Source: Ostrea edulis
Taxonomy: Eukaryota
Assembly: GCF_947568905.1 (NCBI RefSeq)
Contig: NC_079167.1
Location: 26,164,001 to 26,228,000 of the forward strand
Direction: 5' to 3'
DNA length: 64,000 nt
The position numbers and the translations under genes were made by a program. The notes beneath the pieces were generated by a model that did not search any database, was not told the origin of the DNA, and saw only the letters and a list, made by a program, of their open reading frames with translations. Positions 38,985 through 51,291 of this stretch are shown here, piece after piece. Within the stretch, counting starts at the first letter, position 1, and every line of letters begins with the position of its first letter.

Positions 38985-39365
38985 GAATATAAACTTCATA
39001 TTTATATAAGAAGTGTATTGAATTATGCTAGCGAAATATGGGGATTTCATAAAGGTGATGCTTTAGACAAAGTACATTTAGAATATCTTAAAATTATAAT
39101 TATGTTGAAAGTTGGAAAAAATACCTCAACATTGATGGTTTATAATGAACTTGGTCGTTTGCCACTTTCCATTCAAAGGAAAATGCACATTATAAAATTT
39201 TGGTTAAAATTGCTGTAATAAAAGAACTGTATAATGAATAATATTTATCAAGATATGCTTGAAAGAATTGAAGCATGTCATTGTACAAAATATAATTGGT
39301 TACTTGGGGTTAAAAAATTACTACTCTCATTAGGGTTTGGAGAAGCTTGTTACTGTCAAACTGTT
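38985..39365 (+). mobile_element. CR1/L2-group LINE fragment (region after RT)
   Basis: SVLNYASEIWGF...VYNELGRLPLSIQRK...KFWLKL...NWLLGVKKLLLSLGFG. Confidence 0.7.
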
Positions 39366-39634
39366 TTTAAACAAAGAATATTGTTGTTGTTGTTGTTTAT
39401 TAGTCAAAAGCAAATGCAGCATACAGACATAGTAAACAATGTAATAAATCTAAAATCATATAAAGGTCAAGAAAGAATAGAAATTTTGCTTATTTATTGG
39501 TATTTCTAATTTCAAAGGAATTCTTAATAAATTTACCCAAGTTACATGTACATAATTCCTTTACATTCTGTGTCGATAAAAGTTGAATTATTTTAAAGAC
39601 AGAGAGTCTGATATAATGCTTTTTAAAACATTTG

Positions 39635-40060
39635 ATTCACAAATGACTGTAATAGGTACACTTAAAGAAAAAATTAAACTCATCTTCTACATCTAAGATA
39701 AATAAAGAACATGCACGTCTTTCTAAAGGAACATTTTTGTATCTACCGGTTTCAATAACTAAGCAGTGAGACGATAATCTTAACTTACATATAAACTTTT
39801 TATACTGCATAGGAATTCTTTTAGTTAAGTAGGATTGCAAAGTAAAATGGTCAATCAAATGTTATAAATTCTACATTTTGAGGAAGAGATGATTTCAGAA
39901 AGTATTGTTTGTTTACAATTATCAAAAATGCGTTGCTTAGTAACTGCAAACATGTATTGTTGCTTCAAAGTACATTGATTTAACCATAGGTTCATCAATC
40001 CAACATTTGACAAAATACGTGATTGTTTCCAACAAGAGTGTGATGCCCCCCCTACCCCCC
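39635..40060 (-). mobile_element. LINE 3' fragment, inverted
   Basis: KLRLSSHCLVIETGRYKNVPLERRAC...VEDEFNFFFKC. Confidence 0.75.
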
Positions 40061-40099
40061 CCTCATCATATCCGAAGTGCTTTCTATACAGATATCTAA

Positions 40100-40470
40100 T
40101 GAACAAGTTTTGTTTACAATTTTACTTAATGAAACCAATCCAAGTCAAGTATATTCAGTTAATTGCAAAATATAGACTTGGTGCACATCTATTAATGATA
40201 GAGAAGGGAAGATTCACTCGTACGCCTAGAGAGCACAGAGTATGTAATTTCTATCATTTGGAGATTAAAGATGAGTACCACTTTATTTTGAAATCTTCAC
40301 TTTATGATAAGTATAGGAAAATACATATTAAAAAGTATTACTGGTATAGGCCAAGTATGTATAAACTTCTACAATTATTGTCTACAGAAAATTAATGTTA
40401 GTAAATTAAGTAATTTAGGGAAATTCCTACAGAAAGCTGAAATACTTAGAGACTCATTAAATGTTAACTA
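40100..40470 (+). mobile_element. LINE 3' fragment
   Basis: KYRLGAHLLMIEKGRF...PREHRVC...DEYHFIL...RPSMYKLLQLL. Confidence 0.75.
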
Positions 40471-40879
40471 AGATCTTTTTTTTATATTTATATTTGTAAA
40501 CATTGATTGTTGTTTTTTTGGGGTGGGGGTGGGGGTTTTGTTTTTGGTATATATATATATATACATTTAATTTACTCTTGTCATCATATGGTATGAACTA
40601 ACAAAGGGATTCGGAATTCTGTCCATGTATTACTATCAAGTCCTATTAATGAATTTTTTTTCTACTTTTCAGTAAACCTGATAACTTATGACTGTTAATG
40701 TGAATGTAATTTGTGTATTTATACATGTAAGGTCATTGAATGGAAAATATTCAAGTTATTGCACTAGTATATTGTGTGCGCTAAATATTGTGCCTTGAAT
40801 TTTGTGTATATGCAATGTAACTGATGGACATATTCCTCAAAGTAAAAAAAACAAAACAATCACAGTATCACAAAAAAAG

Positions 40880-41734
40880 GTAATCTGGCGGTATTATAGG
40901 TAATCTGATAGTATTATAGGTAGTCTGGTAATATTATAGGTAGTCTGGTAATATTATAGGTAGTCTGACAGTATTATAGGTAGTCTGACAGTATTATAGG
41001 TAGTCTGGTAATATTATAGGTAGTCTGACAGTAGTATAGGTAGTCTGGCAGTATTATAGGTAGTCTGACAGTATTATAGGTAGTCTGACAGTAGTATAGG
41101 TAGTTTGGTAATATTATAGGTAGTCTGGCAGTATTATAGGTAGTCTGGTAATATTATAGGTAGTCTGGTAATATTATAGGTAGTCTGGCAGTATTATAGG
41201 TAGTCTGGTAATATTATAGGTAGTCTGGCAGTATTATAGGTAGTCTGACAGTATTATAGGTAGTCTGACAGTATTATAGGTAGTCTGGCAGTATTATAAG
41301 GTAGTCTGGTAATAGTATAGGTAGTCTGGTAATATTATAGGTAGTCTGACAGTATTATAGGTAGTCTGACAGTATTATAGGTAGTCTGACAGTATTATAA
41401 GTAGTCTGGTAATAGTATAGGTAGTATGGCAGTATTATAGGTAGTCTGGTAATATTATAGGTAGTCTGGTAATAGTATAGGTAGTCTGGTAATAGTATAG
41501 GTAGTCTGGTAATATTATAGGTAGTCTGACAGTATTATAGGTAGTCTGACAGTATTATAGGTAGTCTGACAGTATTATAAGTAGTCTGGTAATAGTATAG
41601 GTAGTATGGCAGTATTATAGGTAGTCTGGTAATATTATAGGTAGTCTGGTAATATTATAGGTAGTCTGGCAGTATTATAGGTAGTCTGGTAATATTATAA
41701 GTAGTCTGGCAGTATTATAGGTAGTCTGGCAGTA
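40880..41734. repeat. 20-bp minisatellite, about 42 copies
   Basis: Unit gtagtctg(gc/ac/gt)aRtattatag. Confidence 0.95.
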
Positions 41735-42030
41735 ATGGCATGATATAATGATAGTTAATCAACATGATTAATGAAGTATAGAGATACTGTCTGATTGAAG
41801 ACCTGGAGTGAAGAGCCAGAAAATGGATGATCCATTCCTATATTCCTGATAAAGAGGACGGATACCACAATATTGATAATAAATCATAGTCAATTCAAGA
41901 AGGAAAGATAATACCGGTTTTGTGCCTTGAATTTTGTATATATGCAATGTAACTGATGGGCATATTGCTCGATATAATAAAGGGAACATCGACTACAAAC
42001 TTCCGCCAATGTTTATTTGCACACTAAAAG

Positions 42031-42439
42031 CAGGGGCGGATCCAGGAATTGTGGTTACGAGGGGCGCCATTTTATGAGGCAGTGGGTGCAAGGCGAAGTC
42101 CTTGTGGGGGTCCAGGGGGCGAAGCCCCCTAAAGCTCCTGGATTTTACAGATTTTATGGGGCTTGAAATGTTTCTCCTATTAAGTCATTTGTACTATTTT
42201 ATATCATTTTAATAAGGTGAAATTAATAAAATGACCCAAATTTTAAGGGGGTTTTGGAAAAAATTAAGTTCTCCCAATAAAATAATTCAAGAAATCAAAG
42301 GATTTTGTCATTTATTTCTCCGGGAATGGAAGAAATTATTGCTTCTTTTATCGTTTAGTACATTTTCCGAAACAAGATACCGCGATTTATCTTAAATTTG
42401 AAAATTTTAGGGGGGACGCATCCAGTAAATCCGCCACTG
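42031..42439. mobile_element. MITE with CAG termini and candidate 5-bp TSD
   Basis: CAGGGGCGGATCCAGG / GTAAATCCGCCACTG; AAAAG on both sides. Partial relatives near 34370-34487 and 60808-60950. Confidence 0.7.
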
Positions 42440-43029
42440 AAAAGTATGGTTCTCCCACACAATCAATGTGCAAGCGTCCATTTCGCGAGCGGGTCGGTTT
42501 GAGTGCGATCCCCAACCCTTGAGCCTGATCCTGGTTGTCCAATCCGATAGATACACGTGAATGTCGTCATTACTATATTTTCCAATCATGTTCGCCGTAC
42601 TTAATCAAATAAAGCAAAATGGCAAACTATTATCTCATATCCACCGAATTATGGGACGCAAACCAGCTTCTTAACAAAGGCAAAATACACCCACTAAAAG
42701 CGACGACCGCATCGCGCAAAACGTGGAATTCTACCTACGTGCTGTATTTGGATCATACAGTTCTACCTCAACTCCACATGAAACGAAGCTATGAACTCAC
42801 CTTGAAGAAAAACATCGCGTACCCTTTCCAGTTTGAATCCAGACAGTCATTAACTGTTTGGATATAGCATATAATTGCATTCACAAGGACACGTGGTAAT
42901 TTCTTTTTTACGTCCCGTCGAAAATATTTCACTCATATTGAGACGTCACCAGCTGTAGGTAAAGTACACTGTTCTATAAGTGAACGCTCAAACTACAGAC
43001 AAACACACACACATATATATATGAATAAA

Positions 43030-43695
43030 GTATATTTTACAACAATTGATCACTTGTTTGTAGAATGTTTTGAAGTAAAGGAGATCTGGTGTGCAATTGA
43101 AGACTGGTTTCTCAATAAATTTAATAAACCAATTATATGTGATAGACAAGCCATACTATTTGGCAAATACAATAACAGAAACTTATACAAAGTACAACAT
43201 TTACTAATACTTATTGTTAAGTATTACATATTTGCAAGTAGGTATAAAATGGCTCCAAAACTAAATGTTTATGCTGTCAAAAAACATATCATTGATAGAT
43301 TTTATATAGAAAAATCTATGTTGCTAAAAAGCTGTACATATACTGAATATGAGAAATACTGGCAGAATGTATGTGATTTGCTTTAATTATGTACTGTTAA
43401 CAGAAAACAATTGCTTTATATGAAATGATGGAGACTGATCAGTGGACCAGGCAAAATTCTTCCCCTTACTCCCCTTATCTCTCTCCCTCTTTCTCTCTTT
43501 CCCCTTCCCTTCTCTCTCCCCATCTTTTCGAAATTAAATACCTTTCACATTATACATGTACATATGCACTCCTAAATATACACATATATGTTTTTACTTG
43601 CTTGAAATATGTATATACTATATTATCATGTATTGTTAATATGTAAATGTTTATTTATTGTGAAAGCAAAAAATAAATGAATTACAAAAAAAAAA
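43030..43695 (+). mobile_element. 5'-truncated L1/Tx1-clade LINE with A-rich tail
   Basis: IDHLFVECFEVKEIW...ILFG...LLILIVKYYIF...YEKYW, then a pyrimidine-rich 3'UTR and an A run. Confidence 0.7.
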
Positions 43696-43846
43696 GAAAA
43701 GAGAAGTATATTTTACGTTAACCTTCGAAAATACGTAAAACATTTCAAAGTACCTGTTATGTGCTTTATGAAATTACATATGTATATTAGAGTGTAACAT
43801 GAAAACATTATAATGTACATGGCAGAAAAAACGGTGTTGTAAGTTA

Positions 43847-46800
43847 TCACGAAACAGCTTTATTAAGAGCAGCTTGCTCATCCAAGCTAGGGTTGGAATT
43901 AGATCTGTTTCCTGGATACTGATAGGGCGGTGGTTCCTGAAAAAAAAAATCATACTTTGCAAACCCAACCTTAATCTTTACCACAAATAGTCTTGAAAAA
44001 ATGAATGGCAAACCTGATCTGGCGGAGACGAGGGATAAGGCGGAGGCGGATCGGTTTCAGGATACGAAGAATTTCTTGGTTGAGTGTTCGTTCCTCCACA
44101 TGCAGTCTGGTTAAAACGGGTGTAATTCTTCCTGATTTTTCTGCGTCTGCGCAGAACTAGTATACAGCTAATAATCAGGAACAGTATTACCACGAGAATG
44201 AACCAAAACCCTGAAAGACAACTGTGTGTTATCAAATTGTCGTGTCATATTCCTGTGTGTATCTAATATACATGTAATTCACACCCATCCAGTAAAATCT
44301 GACGAAATGGAACATGCAAAAAGAACAGTCCTTTGATATTTATTCCCTGTAGTGTATATACTAAGTATACTAGACAAAATTTCTAACTCCCCACCTAAGT
44401 TTTGTCATCCACTGGTTTTATTTTCTATTATTTTGACATAGGTTTTGATTGGTATAAAGTATAACATCTTCAAAAGAAGTCAAATTTTTTTCAATGTTCA
44501 TTTATTTAAATATTCAATTAAAAACATGAAAACTTAACAGTACCCTAAATTTTGAAATTCTCAACAATCAATACCGTGTGTGTCCCCCATTCGCTCGAAT
44601 AACTGCCTGGCACCTGCTTCGCATTGAGGTCACGTAATTGTGTAAAAACCTTTGTGGAATGTTATTCCAAGTGTTAGTAAGATTTCTCTCAAGTTCTGCC
44701 AGATTCTGCGGCTGGGGAAGCTGTCTTACTCGCCTGTCTACCTCGTCCCATACATGTTCAATAGGATTGAGGTCTGGACTGCAAGGGGGCCAGTCAATTA
44801 CGCGGATATTGTGACTCTGCAGCATCTGTTGGGTGGTTCTTGCCGTGTGTGGGGTGGCATTATCCTGCATAAGGACCATTCCGCGATTTGTTTGGATATG
44901 CGGAATTGCCACTGGCTGTAGGACAAGGTTTTGGTACCTTGCTGCATTCAGGTTCTGGTGGATCGGGATCATTGGTGTTTTTGTGTGAAACGATATTCCC
45001 GCCCACACCATGACAGAACCACCTCCAAACTGACCTCGCTCCCTTACACATGCGTCAATATATCGTTCGCCAATTCTGCGGTAGACGAGGGACCGTCCAT
45101 CTGATCGCCTTAGATTGAATCTGGACTCGTCTGTGAAAAGAACTTGTCCCCAGTCCGCGTGCGTATACCTCAGATGGCGTCTTGCCCACGCTAATCGAAG
45201 TTGCCTATGTCTTGCAGACAATACCAACCCTACATAAGGTCTTCTTGCCCGCAATCCCCTTTCCCTAAGTCTGTTTCTCACAGTTTGATCACTGAGGGGT
45301 CTTCCATGTGTTCCCAATGTGCGCCTTGCTGTTGCTCGAGCTGTCAAATGTCTGTCACGTAAATGGGTCACTCTTATGTAGCGATCCTGTTGAGGGGTTG
45401 TAACACGCCGTTTGGGCCGTCGGCGTAGATCCGCTACATTTCCGGTTCCATTGAATTTTCGGATTAGGTTTGCGATGGTCTTGTGGTCTCTATTGAAATT
45501 TCTAGCAACCTGTGAAAATGATCAATTCAATTGAATATTTAAATTGTTTCCTACACTGTGTATCTGAAAGTTTTTCGCAAAAGATCGAATGTAATGGAAG
45601 AAAGCAAACCTCTCGTAAACTGCAACCAGCATGGACCAGGCCAACTGCTCTTGCGCGTTCCTCTGTCGACATGCGCCGCATTTGACTTAAGTAATTTTGT
45701 GTTTTTCAAATACAAATGAGTGTATTGAGAACAAGAAAACAAAGAATTTTCAAAAGCAAACCAGTAAAACCAATCGAGCACGAGATTTTCAATTTCAACA
45801 AAACCCGCTACGGTCCAGTAGCTACGAACGCGTTCTTGAAATCTTTGTGCTTAAAAGGTCAGCATTTTAGTTAGCAGACGATGTTATAAATTACAAATTG
45901 CATAAATGCAAAGGTTTGTAAAATTTAGAAATTATTAACTTGGGGAGTTAGAAATTTGGTCCAGTATACATATAGGTCACAATGCTTACACCACAACTGA
46001 TACACTTGTTGGAGTTTACAGCATCTTGTTCCTCCGTGACAACAGAAGTAATCACCTGAAATATTCATATTGTGAGATTATGCTGGTGAGGTAAATGAAA
46101 AGCATCAAATGAACATAGGACACAAACTGTTTATTCAAAGATTACATACCTGGACAACCAACGGTTTGACTGCAACCTGAAGCCTGGAATAAGTTAAAAT
46201 TGTTTCATTACGGAAATATAATGCATTTACATCTGTGCATATTCTTAAAACATTCTTTAAATGTAGGATACTCAAAATTCTGAAGCATCAAAAATGACTT
46301 TCAAGTAGCGTGTTATTGTTTTTCCCAGGGATTTTCTATTATTTGATCAAACAACAATGTAAATTGGTTATTAATACCTGAAATGCACCATTAGAGGGAT
46401 TTCAATTTTAGGTAATGTTTTTCCATTAATGTTCAACTAAAGATTGTAAATAATGCAAAAATAAAAGTGGTTTCTTAGGAAAATTCTGTGGCAGATAATG
46501 GATTTTAGCAACAAATAGTTTTACAAAATATAACAATTTTCGGGGAAATCCATGTCTTTAACATACGGAAGGTATTTAATGTATGCAAACATATAATGGT
46601 TTTATTCATTTTCTAAACCATTTCAATCAAATAATTCTTAAATATAATTCACCAAAATACTCCTCTTTAATGCCTCTAAATTTGGTGACATAAACCAAGG
46701 AAATTAGGAGGAACTATTTGCAGGTTTGAGGTGCTAGACTAAGTTTCTCGTAAAGAAGCAAGCCAGATTTGCTTGTTTAATTTTAATGTGATTATGTTTC

Positions 46801-47068
46801 GAGTGGAAGTATACCTATTTCTAACTTTTAAAATAACATTTTCGTTTAAACTGTTAAAATTTAGAATATTTGAGGATTATTATCGCTGTGTTTTGAGAAA
46901 ATTGTATTACTTGAATATATCATTATCTACATATTCATCAACGTCAACTGATTGGGTAGTTTAAACAAGAATAAACACTAGTAACACAGTTTTACTAACC
47001 TTTACTGAAAATATCTGGCGATACACATCAAACATAAACAGCATCAAATAGTGGGCAAGACGCTCCAT
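43847..47068 (-). CDS. WBP1/VOPP1 (Shisa-like) membrane protein, paralog 2, 151 aa; Tc1 inserted in intron 3
   Basis: Exons 47068-47000, 46183-46150, 46055-45990 (YFCCHGGTRCC...YQLW), 44210-44014 (TM helix, RRRR, PPPPY) and 43936-43847 (EPPPY...*). Intron phases match paralog 1. Confidence 0.82.
44368..45966 (-). mobile_element. Full-length Tc1 element (1599 bp)
   Basis: About 26-bp TIRs TACTRGACMAAATTTCTAACTCCCCA; TA on both sides; encloses an intact transposase. Confidence 0.92.
44568..45681 (-). CDS. Tc1 DD34E transposase, 2 exons, 337 aa, intact
   Basis: Exon 45681-45610 (MRRMSTEERARAVGL...), 100-nt GT-AG intron, exon 45509-44568; motifs FTDESRF, QDNATPH and SPDLNPIE with 34 residues between D and E. 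Confidence 0.92.
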
Positions 47069-47377
47069 ATTCTATACATTAAAGGATTAATATCTAGATC
47101 CGGGTTTCCTGTCACATGAACACCGGTATATAACAGAAGCCCTTTTTATGATTCAGAAGAGAAGTAATTTACGTTGACTATTGAGGCTAATCATCATTTT
47201 AGCCCGGTAAAGTATCACCAGTCCTTTGTGCACGTGCAGTTTAAACATTTACGTCTCTGTGAATCACCAAAACCTCATGGTCGCGTCAAACCTGATCTTG
47301 GTCTCCAAACGCTTGGCATTTAGAATTAACAATCACGGGTCTTTCATTTATACCAGGTATATGATCTTTAAAAAAGT

Positions 47378-47681
47378 CAGGGCCGTAAATTAACCTTCAA
47401 TTTGGAGGAGGCAGGAAATTAGGCGGGGGTCTGGACGCTGAGCACATTTTGTGCACACTGAACACGTTTCGTGCAAAATCCTTGATTCTAGGGCCTTCTA
47501 AGATGTTACTTGACTAACTCATTCTAAAAGAAAGATTTGGAATGCTTTTTAAGGGAGGTATCATGTTCTTAGTTATTGGAAACAACATAAATTCTAATGA
47601 ACTTTAAATTTTAAATTTTTTTTGGCTCAAAAGTTGGAGGAGGCAGCTGCCTCCTTCGCCTCCATGTAATTTACGGCCCTG
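47378..47681. mobile_element. MITE with perfect 15-bp TIR and 5-bp TSD
   Basis: CAGGGCCGTAAATTA / TAATTTACGGCCCTG; AAAGT on both sides. Confidence 0.85.
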
Positions 47682-47685
47682 AAAG

Positions 47686-47820
47686 TAGTCCCGTGTTGCG
47701 GCAGGCATTAGCACATTAAAGAACCCTGACTGCTACAGCCCTGGGCGCTAAGCGGTACTTCATCTACAGCTGGTAACGTCTCAATATGAGTGAAAAATTC
47801 TCAACTGGATGTATATCAAC
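47686..47820 (+). mobile_element. SINE 3' half (Meta-like family)
   Basis: gtcccgtgttgcgg...cacattaaagaaccctg...tatgagtgaaaaattctc, homologous to the 32527 SINE. Confidence 0.6.
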
Positions 47821-48101
47821 CTATCATGCAACAACGACCCTTTAACGCAGCAAAAACACACACGCAACTTGTGTATTCGCGTGAATGTTCGATTTCAAAA
47901 TTTAAAAACACAGTTTATGTAGTAAATATCATGTACAAAAGTGACAAAATCATTGCATGAACAACACAGAAACACGAATAGTATTAATGGTCAATATTCA
48001 ATCATAAATAGCGTAGATGAAGTTATTAACTAGAATTTCCTCTTATATTTCAGATGGATCCCTACTTTGCATTCACCAACACGTATTGAATTTGCGGAAC
48101 T

Positions 48102-49407
48102 TTATATCGGTCTATACGTGTCCCTGTAGGCATTGCATTTTCTCGTGCAATACAATCCTGTTCCAAACACCAAACATCCAATCAAGATTATGGCCCAAAA
48201 CCCTGGAAAAAAGATAGAAAATTGTTTCAGTAGACCCCAGCAAACCGCAATCCTGACCATCTTCCTGTAGTTGCCCCAACCCCTTCCACCCCAACTGATA
48301 GGATACTCATGTGAATACATGATATATTTTTATCAAATTCAGCAACACCCATTTTTGCTCTATTTAAATTGTGAAGAGGCGAAATGAAAGCAGTCAATGG
48401 CCAAGTTACAAAAAAAAAAACCAAACCAAAAAACAACCATGCTCAGTACTTCAGCTAACGTTATTCCTTATACATACACCAGTGTTCATACACACGGAAA
48501 CTGGATGTCTGTAGACAACAGATTTCGCCTCCTCCACAACAGTAATAATCTAAAAATAAAAATGAAAAAAAATCCGCAATGAAAAAACTGTTTGTTTATA
48601 AAAGAAATAAAATAAAAACCCCACAGTTATCACGAAAATGTAAATTTTGATTGGAATTATCGTTTTGCACTGTCTATATCTTGTGTACATAATCTGAACA
48701 GACACAGGGTAACATTTCATCCCAAAACAGGAAAACAGGTCTACTTTACTTACCGTCTAAACAGGTTGTGTGTCTACAGCGCTTGGTTCCCTACAGATAA
48801 ACAACGAGATGGATTATTGGAAATTTACAACTTTAGTATATTAAATATCACATTAGATTATTTTTTTTATTGTTGAACTTCCATACGCAAACATTTTCCA
48901 GCACTTTCCAGAATATTCATCCGTCAATACCGGCACATTCATGAATGTCCTTGTCAATTTTATTTTACCCAAAATACACTGTACTACCAGCTATTAACTA
49001 CACGTAAAACTTTTATTCTTCTCATGCCTTCGCTGGAAAATGCTACCTTCACTATGAAAACACAACCCGTTGAGAGTGCAGTTATCGTTTAAAACACACA
49101 CGCCACTTTTATATACAGTTTTGCATTGTCTGCTTCGAAATAAAATTGCCAATATCCACATGAATTAACGAAATCTAGTTTTGACCTTTAGAACCGTATT
49201 AATTGACAGAGTAACACACATTAGTTATACAGACATTAAAGATCTGGTAATTATCACTCTCCGACTGTACGCTAATATTATATACAACAACAAAAAACAC
49301 AAACTATTTACACAAACATGATCATGTCCTTTTGTCAAAATGTGGACACCTACCTCAACGATAAAAGCAGCACTGAAAGCAGAGAGGATGAGTATTCGGC
49401 CATCCAT
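48102..49407 (-). CDS. WBP1/VOPP1 (Shisa-like) membrane microprotein, paralog 3, 87 aa, no PY tail
   Basis: Exons 49407-49354 (signal MDGRILILSAFSAAFIVE), 48790-48754, 48549-48478 (YYCCGGGEICC...VYEHW) and 48202-48102 (WFWAIILIG TM helix, stop). Intron phases match the other paralogs. Confidence 0.8.
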
Positions 49408-49988
49408 TTATCTGGTTTCTCATCACAAATAAAATACATGTATTGCAAAATATGTTTGTATTGTTTTAAACTTACAAACAGGAAATAACCGACCAATGCC
49501 TTTAATCATAGGCGGAGTCATGCATTCATAAAGAGCTCTGAACCTAACTTCCTTACAATGTCTATGGATATCTGGAACGCCCTGTGAGGTTTTGGCAAGG
49601 GCCCCACTTCGTAAGCGGTTTCGATGATGCTCAGTGAGCGAAGTGTCGTGAGCTGTACTGTCACCGGAAGTATAAATCACGTGTCCTTTGCACCCCTACT
49701 AACATGTTTAGATCGTATTCTTTATCGGTGTTAAAAACGGTATAAATTGAGGATTCCGAATGAATCTTATCTCACTGTCACGAGATTTCAGACCTAGAGA
49801 AAAACCCCGGAAGTGGAGGTTTCAGAAGGATGCTCTCTGTTTATGTAAATGTTGATTAGAAATTATGATTTATAATATATATCACGTGTGTTGTGTGTGT
49901 CATTAACTAATATATCAAGAGATTTAAATGATGAAATTGATATGGATATTACGGATCTTGAACCCCTACAATGTTTATTTTTACCTAA

Positions 49989-50292
49989 GGAGGTACGCTA
50001 CATCGTCATAATGACTGACTTCCTTTAAAAACATGGAGGAAAAAAATCAATATCAGCAATATTGGACTTTTCCTTTTCAATTTAAATACATAGCTGAGTA
50101 GCTCAGTAGGTTAGCATACCGACTGCTTAATTGTAGGTAGCAGGTTCGAATCCAGCAGATGTTTTAAATTTTTTCAGATTACCTTCTACTAAAACTGAAT
50201 TTTGTGATAAAATAAAGTAAATTTGAAAAATTTCAACTTCAAAATATTGTTGTATTCATTTACATCAAATTTATTTGGTGTAGCATACCACC
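49989..50292. mobile_element. TTAA-type MITE carrying tRNA-like A/B boxes
   Basis: TIR GGAGGTACGCTACA / TGTAGCATACCACC; CTAA left and TTAA right; internal tagctcagtagg...ggttcgaatcc at about 50092-50158. Confidence 0.7.
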
Positions 50293-50517
50293 TTAAGTTA
50301 GAAACTCGATGAGCCAGTCACAAAGCTGATAACACTAAAACGTGTTTAAAATTTGCAACTCTTGATTTACAGGTTGTGATGTTTATCACTTTATACGAAT
50401 GAGTTTAATAAAGCTTATTTGTGCCATTTAATGAGACTGGCAGTTGAATTAGCCCGGCCGCTGGGCCATCCTATGCAATGCCGTCCCCGCCCGCCTGATA
50501 CTTTGACCGTCTTGGGT

Positions 50518-50786
50518 GGTTGATTGATTGTGTATTGTTTAACGTCCCGCTCGAGAAGTTTTCAGTCATATGGAGAAGTGACAATTGCCGGTGAAGAGTT
50601 GCAAAATTTAGGCCTATGCTCGGCGCTTACGGCCTCTGAGCAGGGAGGGATCTTTATCGTGCCACAGCTGCTGTTACACGGGGCCTCGGGTTTTGCAGTC
50701 TCATCCGAAGGACCGCCCCATAAAGTCGCCTCTTACGACAAGCAAGGGGGTACTGAGGACCTATTCTAACCCGGATCCCCACGGGA
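50518..50786 (-). mobile_element. SINE-like repeat sharing the Meta-like body, with a non-tRNA head
   Basis: Reverse complement contains ccccgtgtaacagcagctgtggcacgataaagatccc...tatgactgaaaacttctcgagcgggacgttaaaca and a (caat)n tail. Confidence 0.7.
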
Positions 50787-51071
50787 TTCGTAAAACTTAA
50801 CTTGAAAATGTACTAAACAAATATAACAATAGGGTGTATTTCGTCCTTTCATTTAATTTATTAGTTTATTTGGATAACAAATTTGGTTTATGCACATCTT
50901 ATATTCCGGCATCTTGCAAATTCTATGGTTAAGATCAATTCTATGTAAAAATCAAAGAAATCAGATAGGGTCTGGCCACTCAATGTCACAGATTTCTTTG
51001 ATTTTCACAGTATTAACTTTACTTGCACCATCTTACATAATTTCAACCCCACCACCGAATTTCTACCATCC

Positions 51072-51085
51072 GTTGCCATGGAAAC
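51072..51085. promoter_or_regulatory. RFX X-box consensus GTTGCCATGGAAAC
   Basis: Exact 14-bp near-palindromic match. Confidence 0.5.
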
Positions 51086-51291
51086 CGACAGCAGTCTATG
51101 AGGGCTAATTGAACTGCAAAATTCAGTCCGTTTTGCCCATGTTTTGTCCTTGTGGTATATAAAAAATTGAAAAAGACAACTAATTTTCTCCATAAATCTC
51201 GATTCCCCATAAAATTCCCTCCTTATTTAAGATATCTATATCCACCTATAGTAAAGAGTGTGTTACTGACCGCTGTACCAATGTATTATAA

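Noticed and set aside
42440-42870. Gypsy integrase relic or 82-aa ORF
   Set aside because: CpG-rich with only faint resemblance; no catalytic motifs or LTRs that I can support.
50518-50786. Hammerhead ribozyme or retrozyme
   Set aside because: CGGAUGAG is present but the CUGAUGA...GAAA core is not; the body matches the SINE family at 32527.
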